32,000 nt of DNA from Erysipelotrichaceae bacterium MTC7 (GCA_001695645.1 LVZN01000084.1:30001-62000), one strand, 5' to 3'; shown: positions 1 to 7,956, counted from the stretch's first letter. Translations and numbers: made by a program. The notes: generated from the sequence alone by a model not told the origin.

Positions 1-1
1 T

Positions 2-256
2 ACAGCACCATCTGAATACCTTGGATCAGTTATGGGAGACGTTAGTTCTCGTCGTGGTATGATCGATGGTCAAGAAGAAAGAGGAAACGCAATTTCAGTT
101 AAAGCAAGTATTCCACTTTCTGAAATGTTTGGATACGTTACAGACTTACGTGGATTCACACAAGGTCGTGGTAACTATTCAATGAAGTTTGCTCGCTATG
201 CTGAAGTACCAAAAAGCATTAGTGAAAAAATCATGAAAGAACGCGCTGCTGCGTAA
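2..256 (+). CDS. fusA: Elongation factor G, C-terminal fragment (5' end upstream of window)
   Basis: The frame is open from the window edge. The translation ...[55 protein letters not shown] matches the conserved EF-G C-terminus. It lies directly upstream of tuf, as in the str operon. Confidence 0.9.
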   Translation, partial: TAPSEYLGSVMGDVSSRRGMIDGQEERGNAISVKASIPLSEMFGYVTDLRGFTQGRGNYSMKFARYAEVPKSISEKIMKERAAA

Positions 257-379
257 TCTTTCTTGCAATTGATTTATTGTTTTAACATATTGCTTTTCTT
301 AGTAACATGATTTAAAATGATAAAGGATAACGAAAATTCGATATTTTTAAATGTACTTAAAATTAGGAGGAAATGAAAG

Positions 380-1564
380 ATGTCTAAACAAAAGTTCGAT
401 AGATCGAAAACTCACGTTAATATTGGGACTATTGGTCACGTTGACCACGGTAAAACAACATTAACTGCAGCTATTACAAACGTATTAGCAAAAACAGGAA
501 ACGCTGAAGCACAAGCTTATGACCAAATTGATGGAGCACCTGAAGAAAAAGAACGTGGAATTACAATTAACACGGCTCACGTTGAGTACCAAACAGAAAA
601 ACGTCACTACGCGCACGTTGACTGCCCAGGTCACGCCGACTACGTAAAAAACATGATCACTGGGGCTGCACAAATGGATGGAGCAATCTTAGTTGTTGCT
701 GCTACAGATGGACCTATGCCACAAACTCGTGAACACATCCTTCTTGCTAACCAAGTTGGTGTAGAAAAAATCGTTGTGTTCTTAAACAAATGTGACATGG
801 TTGATGACGAAGAATTAATTGACCTTGTTGAAATGGAAGTTCGTGAATTATTAAGCGAATACAACTTCGATGGAGATAACGCTCCAGTTATCCGTGGATC
901 TGCTTTAAAAGCACTTCAAGGAGAAGAAGCTTGGGTTGGAAAAATTACAGAACTTATGGATGCAGTAGATGCATACATTCCTGATCCAACTCGTGAAACT
1001 GACAAACCATTCCTTATGTCAGTGGAAGACGTATTCACAATCACAGGTCGTGGTACAGTTGCTACTGGACGTGTTGAACGTGGACAATTAAACATCAACG
1101 AAGAAGTTGAAATCGTTGGTATTAAAGACACTAAGAAAACAGTTGTTACAGGAATCGAAATGTTCCGCAAACTTCTTGACTTCGCTGAAGCTGGAGATAA
1201 CATTGGAGCATTATTACGTGGGGTTAACCGTGACGAAATCGTTCGTGGACAAATCCTTTGTAAACCTGGAAGTGTAACTCCTCACACGACTTTTAAAGCA
1301 CAAGTATATGTACTTTCAAAAGAAGAAGGTGGACGTCACACACCATTCGTTTCTAACTACCGTCCTCAATTCTACTTCCGTACAACAGATGTTACTGGAG
1401 TAATCACATTACCAGAAGGAACTGAAATGGTTATGCCTGGTGATAACGTAGAAATGAGCGTAGAACTTATTGCGCCAATCGCGATCGAACAAGGAACTAA
1501 ATTCTCAATTCGTGAAGGTGGACGTACAGTAGGTGCTGGAAACGTTACTGAAATTATTAAATAA
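380..1564 (+). CDS. tuf: Elongation factor Tu
   Basis: 394 aa with the G1 motif [14 protein letters not shown] and NKCD GTPase motifs and a typical EF-Tu N-terminus ([33 protein letters not shown]). AGGAGG SD lies 8 nt upstream. Confidence 0.98.
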   Translation: MSKQKFDRSKTHVNIGTIGHVDHGKTTLTAAITNVLAKTGNAEAQAYDQIDGAPEEKERGITINTAHVEYQTEKRHYAHVDCPGHADYVKNMITGAAQMDGAILVVAATDGPMPQTREHILLANQVGVEKIVVFLNKCDMVDDEELIDLVEMEVRELLSEYNFDGDNAPVIRGSALKALQGEEAWVGKITELMDAVDAYIPDPTRETDKPFLMSVEDVFTITGRGTVATGRVERGQLNINEEVEIVGIKDTKKTVVTGIEMFRKLLDFAEAGDNIGALLRGVNRDEIVRGQILCKPGSVTPHTTFKAQVYVLSKEEGGRHTPFVSNYRPQFYFRTTDVTGVITLPEGTEMVMPGDNVEMSVELIAPIAIEQGTKFSIREGGRTVGAGNVTEIIK

Positions 1565-1585
1565 TTTTAGTTCTATCACAACCTG

Positions 1586-1612
1586 AAAAAGTCGCTAACG
1601 CGACTTTTTTTC
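1586..1612 (+). terminator. Rho-independent terminator after tuf
   Basis: aaaaaGTCGC-taac-GCGACttttttt. The GC stem is extended by A/T pairs and followed by a T-run. Confidence 0.75.
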
Positions 1613-1681
1613 TTTGTTTTATCGTTCGTTACATTTGTAGAAAGCATACAATTTAGTTATTATAATATAAGTTAAGATTCG

Positions 1682-1710
1682 TTGTGCTATTGATTTTTTA
1701 GGGATATAAT
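1682..1710 (+). promoter_or_regulatory. Putative sigma-A promoter for the permease gene
   Basis: TTGTGC (1682-1687), 17-nt spacer, TATAAT (1705-1710). It is followed by AAAGGAGG SD and ATG at 1735. Confidence 0.45.
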
Positions 1711-1734
1711 AATAGGGTTGAAAAAGGAGGAATT

Positions 1735-3147
1735 ATGGGAAAAATCAAAAAAATTAAATGGTATAACCTGGCCTTCATGGCATTCTCATCGGTATGGGGA
1801 TTTGCCAATGTTGTGAACGGGTTTTCAGAATACGATGGACTTAAAGCAATTGTTGCTTGGATCTTAATCTTTGCCTTGTATTTTGTACCATATGCACTGA
1901 TGGTTGGAGAAATGGGTTCTGCATTTAAAAACCTAGGTGGAGGTGTAAGTTCTTGGATTCAAGAAACGATATCACCAAAGGTGGCGTATTATGCTGGATG
2001 GACATATTGGATTGTGCATATGCCATACATTTCACAAAAGCCACAAAGTGCGCTTGTTGCCTTAAGTTGGGCAGTGACACAAAGTCCTGATTTAACAAAT
2101 AACATGAGTCCAATTTTACTACAAATTGGATGTCTAATTATTTTCTTAATCTTTGCTTGGATTACTTTACAGGGGATTAACCCTTTAAAAAATTTAGCGA
2201 CGATTGCCGGAAGTAGTATGTTTGTAATGTCATTACTCTATGTACTGCTTATGTTGGCTGCACCTGCGATTGCGCCGGATCGTATTCATGCAATTGATTG
2301 GAGTTTGGATAGTTTCATTCCAACCTTCGACTGGAAGTATTTAACGAGTTTTTCAATCTTAGTCTTTGCGGTTGGTGGTTGTGAAAGAATTTCACCATAC
2401 GTTAATAAAATGAGTGATCCTGCTAAGGGATTCCCTAAAGGGATGATTTTCTTAGCAATTATGGTTGCCTCAGTCGCAATTTTAGGAACGATTTCCATGG
2501 GTATGATGTTTGACCCTGCAAACCCACCACAAGACTTAATGTTAAATGGTGCGTACTATTGTTTCCAATTGTTAGGTGAATACTATCATGTTGGTAACTT
2601 GTTCTTAGTTGTCTTTGCTTTATGTAATATGATTGGGCAACTTTCGGTACTTATCGTTTCGATTGATGCACCGTTACGTATGTTACTTGACTCAGCAAAT
2701 CCACACTACATTCCAAGTTGGCTAACAAAACAAAACGACAAAGGTGTTTACACAAATGGTGTAAAAATGGTTGTTGTGATTGTAAGTATCTTGATTATCG
2801 TTCCAGGATTATTGCCTGGTGATGTAAATAGTATGTACAAAGGATTGATTCAATTGAACTCTGTTGCGATGCCATTACGTTACCTATGGGTATTCGTTGC
2901 CTACATGGCACTTAAAAAAGCAGGTACGAAATTTACAAGTGAATACAAACTTACCAAGAGTAAAACAGTGGGTATGATGATTGGAGCATGGTGTTTCCTA
3001 TTTACTGCATTTGCATGTTTACTTGGTATGTTCAAAGGAGACATTGGACAAGTTGCGATGAACGTAATAACTCCACTTGTACTACTTGGACTTGGATTAA
3101 TCATGCCAGCTTTTGCTAGACGTGAAGAAAGAAATAAACAAGCTTAA
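1735..3147 (+). CDS. APC-superfamily amino acid permease (YjeM-like), about 12 TM segments
   Basis: 470 aa, highly hydrophobic with repeated TM-length stretches. The N-terminal KWYNLAFMAFSSVWGFANVVNGF and overall layout resemble the YjeM/Glu-GABA type of APC transporters. Strong SD (AAAGGAGG). Confidence 0.7.
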   Translation: MGKIKKIKWYNLAFMAFSSVWGFANVVNGFSEYDGLKAIVAWILIFALYFVPYALMVGEMGSAFKNLGGGVSSWIQETISPKVAYYAGWTYWIVHMPYISQKPQSALVALSWAVTQSPDLTNNMSPILLQIGCLIIFLIFAWITLQGINPLKNLATIAGSSMFVMSLLYVLLMLAAPAIAPDRIHAIDWSLDSFIPTFDWKYLTSFSILVFAVGGCERISPYVNKMSDPAKGFPKGMIFLAIMVASVAILGTISMGMMFDPANPPQDLMLNGAYYCFQLLGEYYHVGNLFLVVFALCNMIGQLSVLIVSIDAPLRMLLDSANPHYIPSWLTKQNDKGVYTNGVKMVVVIVSILIIVPGLLPGDVNSMYKGLIQLNSVAMPLRYLWVFVAYMALKKAGTKFTSEYKLTKSKTVGMMIGAWCFLFTAFACLLGMFKGDIGQVAMNVITPLVLLGLGLIMPAFARREERNKQA

Positions 3148-3150
3148 TCA

Positions 3151-3177
3151 AACGTGAGGGTGACCTCACGTTTTTTC
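3151..3177 (+). terminator. Rho-independent terminator after the permease
   Basis: ACGTGAGG-gtga-CCTCACGT followed by TTTTTT. Confidence 0.85.
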
Positions 3178-3210
3178 TTGGTAGAGTCAATAGATTGAAA
3201 AGATAATAAG

Positions 3211-3219
3211 TGTTATAAT
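3211..3219 (+). promoter_or_regulatory. Extended -10 promoter element (TGtTATAAT) upstream of the aminopeptidase gene
   Basis: TGTTATAAT at 3211-3219, 26 nt upstream of the ATG at 3245. No good -35 at 17-nt spacing, which is consistent with an extended -10 promoter. Confidence 0.45.
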
Positions 3220-3244
3220 CACATTTGAAAGGAAGGTGCTTTAT

Positions 3245-4549
3245 ATGTCAGACAATAAAGAACTATTACACTTTTTAGAAAAAAGTAAAACCCAATTTCA
3301 TGCAATTCATGAAATCAAACAAATATTAAATAATCATAATTATGTAGAGTTGAAGGAACAAGACCACTGGGATCTTAAAAAAGGTGGTAAGTACTATACA
3401 ACAAGAAACGGATCAGCAATTATTGCCTTCCAAGTAGGAAAAGATATTGAGAACTTACACTTCCAAGTAAGTGCGGCACACTCGGATTCACCTACGTGGA
3501 AAGTGAAAGAACACGCCCAGTTAAAATCTGGACCGTATGTCCAATTGAATACGGAAGGGTATGGAGGAATGCTTATTGCTCCATGGTTTGACCGCCCGTT
3601 ATCATTAGCAGGTCGTGTCCTTGTCAAAGAAGCAAATAAAGTCGTAAGTAAACTTGTTGATATTGACCGTGATTTATTAATCATTCCAAATGTTGCAATT
3701 CACTTAAACCGCGAAGCAAACAATGGTTACAAATACAACAACCAAGTTGATTTGATGCCATTACTAGCAATGGATGATAAAGATGACTCGATGTATCAAA
3801 AAATGATTGCCAAGGCTGCTGGTGTAGAAATAGATGACGTGGTAAGCCACGACATGTACTTGTACAACCGAACAAAACCAACAACGTTTGGATATCACAA
3901 TGAGTTCATTGCTTCTGGAAAAATCGATAACTTACAAAGTGCGTTTACAACACTTCAAGGATTCATTGCAGGTAAAAATGAACAAGCAATTAATGTATAC
4001 AGTGTTTTCGATAACGAAGAAGTTGGTTCAGCAACACGTATGGGTGCTGGTGGTACCTTGTTATATGATGTACTACAACGCGTTGTCGCAAACTTAGGTT
4101 ACACAAGTGAAGATTACTATCAGGCAGTTGCAAAAAGCTTTATGCTTTCTGTGGATAATGGACATGCCATTCATCCAAACCACCCAGAGTTATCTGACAA
4201 AACAAACCATCCTGTATTAAACGGTGGAGTGGTCATCAAATATAATGCCAACCAAAAATACACGACAGATGGATTAAGTGCAGCAGCATTTATGTCTTTA
4301 TGTAAAGATAACAACATCCCTTACCAACCATATGCAAACCGTAGCGATATGCCTGGAGGAAGTACACTTGGAAGCATTTCATCTACTAATGTTGGAATGT
4401 TGGCAGTAGACTTAGGGCTTGCACAACTGGCCATGCACTCAAGTTATGAAAGTGCAGGTGCAAAAGACCCGCAATGCATGATTGATGCATGTAAAGCGTT
4501 CTTTAGCACAAATATGATCGTTAGTGATGAAGGTGTACAGGTCGGATAA
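3245..4549 (+). CDS. M18-family (aspartyl-type) aminopeptidase
   Basis: 434 aa from the ATG at 3245 (AAGGAAGG SD 8 nt upstream; the ORF-track GTG at 3236 lies inside the SD). N-terminus LLHFLEKSKTQFHAIHEI...WDLKKGGKYYTTRNGSAIIAFQVG is typical. The acidic/His metal-ligand regions (AAHSDSP, FDNEEVGS, HSSYES) are also typical of M18 aminopeptidases. Confidence 0.8.
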   Translation: MSDNKELLHFLEKSKTQFHAIHEIKQILNNHNYVELKEQDHWDLKKGGKYYTTRNGSAIIAFQVGKDIENLHFQVSAAHSDSPTWKVKEHAQLKSGPYVQLNTEGYGGMLIAPWFDRPLSLAGRVLVKEANKVVSKLVDIDRDLLIIPNVAIHLNREANNGYKYNNQVDLMPLLAMDDKDDSMYQKMIAKAAGVEIDDVVSHDMYLYNRTKPTTFGYHNEFIASGKIDNLQSAFTTLQGFIAGKNEQAINVYSVFDNEEVGSATRMGAGGTLLYDVLQRVVANLGYTSEDYYQAVAKSFMLSVDNGHAIHPNHPELSDKTNHPVLNGGVVIKYNANQKYTTDGLSAAAFMSLCKDNNIPYQPYANRSDMPGGSTLGSISSTNVGMLAVDLGLAQLAMHSSYESAGAKDPQCMIDACKAFFSTNMIVSDEGVQVG

Positions 4550-5157
4550 TGGATCAAAGAACCATTACCGATTACCAAAAGGAAAAAGCAGCACTGGATG
4601 TTAAAAAACAAGAACAGCTACAAAAAGTAGAAGATCTTGTTTTAAGTCAAAGTGAGTATCGTGAACAGGCGTATGATTATTTGCGATTAGCGCTTGAAGA
4701 TCTAAAAGCAGGAAAACCACTACCAAAAAGTTTAAAGACCTATATCAGTCAACTGAAAAACAGTGGTCGTTTAGATCAAGTCAGTGATGCTGAAATTAGG
4801 CAAGACTATGAACACTATCGCATCTTGTGTATGTGGATTGCTGTTGCAAGTTTACTAATCTTGCAGTTTGTGAAAGCCTGGTTGAATGAGAATTACATTA
4901 TTGGGTTTTCATTTGATGTTATCTTTCCAATCTTTGGAGCTTGGGTATTGTTTAAAAATCTCATTGGAAAACGCAAACTGGTGCTTAAACACAAGTTTCC
5001 AAAAGCGTATTACAGTTTAGATTATCCAGTCTTATTATTTTCCTTAGCGTTAACGATACTGATACGAACACCATTTGATATTAGTTTTGTGCTTGTAGCA
5101 CTTGTACAAGTGTTCCAAGTTCATAAAGTAAAAAAAGAGTTTCAACTGATAAAGTAG
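4549..5157 (+). CDS. Hypothetical membrane protein (N-terminal helical soluble region plus 3-4 C-terminal TM segments)
   Basis: 202 aa. The ATG overlaps the aminopeptidase stop (TAATG), implying translational coupling. I recognise no family. Confidence 0.55.
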   Translation: MDQRTITDYQKEKAALDVKKQEQLQKVEDLVLSQSEYREQAYDYLRLALEDLKAGKPLPKSLKTYISQLKNSGRLDQVSDAEIRQDYEHYRILCMWIAVASLLILQFVKAWLNENYIIGFSFDVIFPIFGAWVLFKNLIGKRKLVLKHKFPKAYYSLDYPVLLFSLALTILIRTPFDISFVLVALVQVFQVHKVKKEFQLIK

Positions 5158-5185
5158 CTAACATGAGTAGTTACTTTTTCTTTTG
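5151..5185 (+). terminator. Possible rho-independent terminator overlapping the stop codon of the 4549-5157 gene
   Basis: AAAGTAGCTA-acatgag-TAGTTACTTT (10 bp, one G-U) followed by the T-rich TTCTTTTGGTTTT. Confidence 0.4.
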
Positions 5186-5215
5186 GTTTTCCCAAAAAGA
5201 ACGTATAATGGTCTT

Positions 5216-5965
5216 ATGAATAAATTAATAAAAACGTTTAGTAAGTGTTTACTGTTGGTGTTTGCACTCCTGCTTGTGTATCGGTTATATTATTCCTATA
5301 TTGGAGCTGCCTTTATTGGTGAACAACTTGATGTTAAGCAAATGCTAATGAATAGTAGAATTGTACCAAATGCCGTGATGCTAATAGCCATCGCTGTTTG
5401 GATGCATATGAAAAAAGTAAGTTTACATGAACTGGGATTCGCGAAAATGCATAAAGAAGGGTTTGCAGGTTGCTTTTACTTTTTGCCACTTGTAGTCTTA
5501 TTGCTTGTGGTGGTTATTACCATGAATCCCTATGTACCGATGGATGCAACCATGTGGGCAGTGGCAATTATGGAATTGTTGCTTGTGGCAATCTTTGAGG
5601 AAGTCTTATTTCGTGGTATCTTCTTTCGAGCTTTGCTACCGTATCGAAATTTGTCGGCACTTTTTGGAACAGCAATTTTATTTACGATTGGACACATGGG
5701 CAATTGGTCAGAGTTTGCAAGCAACAACACAGAGTTGTTTCTTTATGCGGTAAGTTCACTCTTGTTTTATTTGCCCATATCCTTGATGTTTTCCTACTTG
5801 CGCTTTAATGCGAAAAGTATTATTCCATGTATCATCTACCATGCATTACATAATTTGGTTATCGCCAATGTTAGTTTTGATATTTTGTATCTAAGTGCCT
5901 TCTTTGCGGCATACGCGTATGCAATGCATTTATATAATAAAAGAAAGGAAGAAAGAATTGTATGA
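5216..5965 (+). CDS. CPBP-family (CAAX/Abi) intramembrane glutamic protease
   Basis: Polytopic membrane protein carrying the three CPBP motifs: EEVLFRG (EExxxR), FTIGH (FxxxH) and YHALHN (HxxxN). The start is uncertain: the ORF-track TTG at 5183 has no SD, so the first ATG (5216) is used. Confidence 0.8.
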   Translation: MNKLIKTFSKCLLLVFALLLVYRLYYSYIGAAFIGEQLDVKQMLMNSRIVPNAVMLIAIAVWMHMKKVSLHELGFAKMHKEGFAGCFYFLPLVVLLLVVVITMNPYVPMDATMWAVAIMELLLVAIFEEVLFRGIFFRALLPYRNLSALFGTAILFTIGHMGNWSEFASNNTELFLYAVSSLLFYLPISLMFSYLRFNAKSIIPCIIYHALHNLVIANVSFDILYLSAFFAAYAYAMHLYNKRKEERIV

Positions 5966-6392
5966 CAGAATATGAAATGTATGAAATTGAAAGAGAGAAA
6001 AATGTAAAAGTAAACCAGAAGTACCTAGAGGATTTTAAGCAACATTTACTGGAAACTGGCTTAAGTAAAAAATGACCAACAAGCACTGGTCCAATATGGA
6101 ATTTTTCTTGAACGATTATCTCAACTATTATGAGATTGTAAAGATGGAGGATGGTATTGATCATGTTGATGAGTTTTTTATGGACTGGTTCAAACGTAAA
6201 GCCATGTGGTCAACACCTGCAAGTTATAAACAAAACATCACAAGTTTAAAAAAGTTCTATGCCTATATGAATGAAAAAGGACTTGTTTCTAAACAAGAAT
6301 ATGAAACATTGTTGCAGATCATTCGTGATCACAAAGAAATTTGGTTGGATGTGATTGAAGCATACAATACCCCGGATGATGATTATTTTTAG
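5962..6392 (+). pseudogene. Frameshift-interrupted stand-alone integrase core-binding (phage-integrase N-terminal SAM-like) domain gene
   Basis: A 37-codon ORF (5962-6075, MTEYEMYEIEREKNVKVNQKYLEDFKQHLLETGLSKK*) and the 106-aa ORF at 6072-6392 (MTNKHWSNMEFFLNDYL...) overlap at an A6 tract (6067-6072). The downstream frame is -1 relative to the upstream one. Joined, they read ...YLEDFKQHLLETGLSKK(M)TNKHWSNMEFFLNDYL..., the typical first helices of a tyrosine-recombinase core-binding domain. No catalytic domain follows. Confidence 0.6.
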
Positions 6393-6428
6393 ATAACTAC
6401 AAAAAAAACGAGTCCATTGGAATCGTCA

Positions 6429-6457
6429 TTGCGATTTTGTTGGACTTGTCATATAAT
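6429..6457 (+). promoter_or_regulatory. Putative sigma-A promoter of the TPP riboswitch-thiT unit
   Basis: TTGCGA (6429-6434), 17-nt spacer, TATAAT (6452-6457), immediately upstream of the riboswitch aptamer. Confidence 0.6.
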
Positions 6458-6461
6458 ATAG

Positions 6462-6613
6462 GAAGTTCAGACAGGGGCGCTATCCACTATGGTGGACGCT
6501 GAGATGTACGAAAGTACGGTCCCTTATGACCTGATCTAGTTAATGCTAGCGTAGGGAGTCTACTTGATAGATATATCACTACGCCTGCCGTTTCATTATG
6601 GAGGTGTTTTTTT
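6462..6613 (+). promoter_or_regulatory. TPP (THI-box) riboswitch with expression platform
   Basis: The sequence is ACAGGGGCGC...GCTGAGA...GGTCCCTTATGACCTGATCTAGTTAATGCTAGCGTAGGGAG. This matches the THI-box consensus CTGAGA...ACCCTTTGAACCTGATCTGGATAATGCCAGCGTAGGGA. The downstream hairpin ACGCCT...AGGTGT includes the GGAGG SD (6600-6604) and is followed by T7 (6607-6613) just before the thiT ATG. Confidence 0.9.
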
Positions 6614-7126
6614 ATGAAAAAGAGCAGTGTTTTAGACCTTGTCTTTATGGCATTTTATGTGGCTTTATTTATGGTGTTGGATTACATGACAAACATGTTA
6701 TCAATCTTGCAGATGCCACAAGGAGGATCGCTTGGTATTTCAACGATTGCCTTATTGATGGCAAGTTATCATTTAGGATGGCAAAAAGGGTTGATGGTGT
6801 CTTGTGTATCGATTCTTGCACAGTTTGTGACAGGACCGATGTACACGCCGGACTTACTTGGATTCTTACTTGACTATGGACTTGCTTTCTCAGTATATGG
6901 ACTTGCTTGTCTATTTCCAAATGTCAGTTGGTTTTACAGTGGTGTGCTTGTGACAAACTTGGTACGTTTTCTAAGCAGTACCATATCTGGTGTCATTGTT
7001 TATCAAACGACTTGGTTGGCATCAGTTGGTTACAATGCTTCGTATATGATTCCAACATGTATTCTTGGACTTATTTTAATACCAGTGCTTGATAACGCAC
7101 TAAAACGTTACACAAAACGTGTTTAA
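6614..7126 (+). CDS. thiT: Thiamine transporter ThiT/YuaJ (ECF S-component)
   Basis: 170 aa with about 6 TM segments and the QMPQGGSLG motif typical of the YuaJ/ThiT family. It lies directly behind a TPP riboswitch. The shared ECF module is encoded at 29033-31480. Confidence 0.8.
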   Translation: MKKSSVLDLVFMAFYVALFMVLDYMTNMLSILQMPQGGSLGISTIALLMASYHLGWQKGLMVSCVSILAQFVTGPMYTPDLLGFLLDYGLAFSVYGLACLFPNVSWFYSGVLVTNLVRFLSSTISGVIVYQTTWLASVGYNASYMIPTCILGLILIPVLDNALKRYTKRV

Positions 7127-7148
7127 AACAAAGAAACTATATAAATGT

Positions 7149-7187
7149 AAAAGGATGGATTCGCTTCATGGAATCCATCCTTTTTTC
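7149..7187. terminator. Bidirectional rho-independent terminator between convergent thiT and the response-regulator gene
   Basis: aaaaGGATGGATTC-gcttcatg-GAATCCATCCtttttt. The 10-bp perfect stem has a T6 on the + side and an A4 (T4 on the minus strand) on the other side. Confidence 0.85.
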
Positions 7188-7210
7188 TTGTTCATTTGGT
7201 TGTGCAAAGT

Positions 7211-7891
7211 TTACTCGTTCCAAATATAGCCATAACTACGAATTGCGGAAATTGCCTGAATGGAAAGTTTTGCGCGTAGTCGTTTCACATGCCCATCAAT
7301 CACTCGATAATCAATGTCTTCGACTTCAACAATCCATAGACGGTCTGCAATCTTTTCACGACTCAAAGCAGAACCCTTGTATTCCAAAAACAAAGATAGT
7401 AATTCAAATTCTTTGTTGGTGACATGAACGGGTTGATCTTCTTTGAATACAAGTCGTTTTTCTGTATCAATTGAAATTGCTTCTTTTGCTGAAAAAAGTG
7501 CATAGCTATTTTCGGTCTTATCAATCGCTTCTTTACATAACACATCTTTTAGATAGGTTGTTAGGACAAGTGGACTGCGATTGGTGTTGAAATAATAATC
7601 AATCCCATTACTGAATGCTTTGATTTCAATCTCATCGCTTTGATAAGTGGATAATAGGATGCTACGGAAAAATGGTTGGATCTCTCTTAAAATAAGTACC
7701 AGCTTAATTCCGTCCATCTCATCCATTTGATACTCACTAATGACAAGGTCAAATGGATTCTTGGCAAATCGTGCAATCGCTTGGATTGGACTAACACAAC
7801 ATTGTACCTGATACCCAATTGCTTCGATGCTTTGTTTTAATTTTGTTGTATACGTACTGTTCCCTTTTACTAATAATACCTTCTTACACAT
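7211..7891 (-). CDS. Orphan OmpR/PhoB-family response regulator with degenerate (pseudo-)receiver domain
   Basis: 226 aa. The C-terminal winged-helix reads TNKEFELLSLFLEYKGSALSREKIADRLW...RVIDGHVKRLRAKL. The N-terminal receiver fold is present, but K9-G10 replace the acidic pair. E53 replaces the phospho-acceptor Asp (ISEYQMDEMDG versus the canonical LLDxxMPxMDG). The KPF lysine is absent (FNTNRSP). Confidence 0.8.
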   Translation of the reverse strand: MCKKVLLVKGNSTYTTKLKQSIEAIGYQVQCCVSPIQAIARFAKNPFDLVISEYQMDEMDGIKLVLILREIQPFFRSILLSTYQSDEIEIKAFSNGIDYYFNTNRSPLVLTTYLKDVLCKEAIDKTENSYALFSAKEAISIDTEKRLVFKEDQPVHVTNKEFELLSLFLEYKGSALSREKIADRLWIVEVEDIDYRVIDGHVKRLRAKLSIQAISAIRSYGYIWNE

Positions 7892-7928
7892 ATCGTTCCC
7901 TTTACTGTTTTCAGTAAGGCTGACTCAA

Positions 7929-7956
7929 TATATAACACACACTCAAATAGTAGCAA
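7929..7956 (-). promoter_or_regulatory. Putative promoter of the response-regulator gene
   Basis: Read on the minus strand: TTGCTA (7956-7951), 16-nt spacer, TGtTATATA (TG at 7937-7936, -10 at 7934-7929). A TTACTG-aaaa-CAGTAA hairpin (7902-7917) sits in the short 5' UTR next to the AAGGGA SD. Confidence 0.35.

Noticed and set aside
485-1203. Three minus-strand ORFs (62-95 aa) inside tuf.
   Set aside because: They are antisense shadow ORFs within a highly conserved, strongly codon-biased gene. They have no SD and no recognisable sequence.
1925-3104. Minus-strand ORFs (62-70 aa) inside the permease gene.
   Set aside because: They lie fully within a well-supported + strand CDS and have no initiation signals.
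3236-3244. GTG at 3236 as the aminopeptidase start (ORF track), and likewise GTG at 10517 for rplC and ATG at 28397 for the RraB-like gene.
   Set aside because: Each of these codons lies inside or directly against the SD sequence. The next in-frame ATG (3245, 10526, 28409) has proper SD spacing, and for L3 it gives the canonical [14 protein letters not shown]-terminus.
5962-6392. The integrase-like domain considered as evidence of an intact integrated mobile element or prophage.
   Set aside because: Only the N-terminal core-binding domain is present. There is no catalytic tyrosine-recombinase domain, no transposase or phage genes, no adjacent tRNA, and no flanking direct repeats that I could see.
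6598-6873. A 91-aa + strand ORF overlapping thiT in another frame.
   Set aside because: It starts inside the riboswitch expression platform. The thiT frame (6614-7126) has the SD, the TM pattern and the family motif.
7168-7422. An 84-aa + strand ORF spanning the bidirectional terminator and running antisense to the response regulator. The ORF at 7827-8033 is treated the same way.
   Set aside because: One begins inside a terminator hairpin and the other runs through the regulator's start region. Neither has an SD, and both have low-complexity translations.
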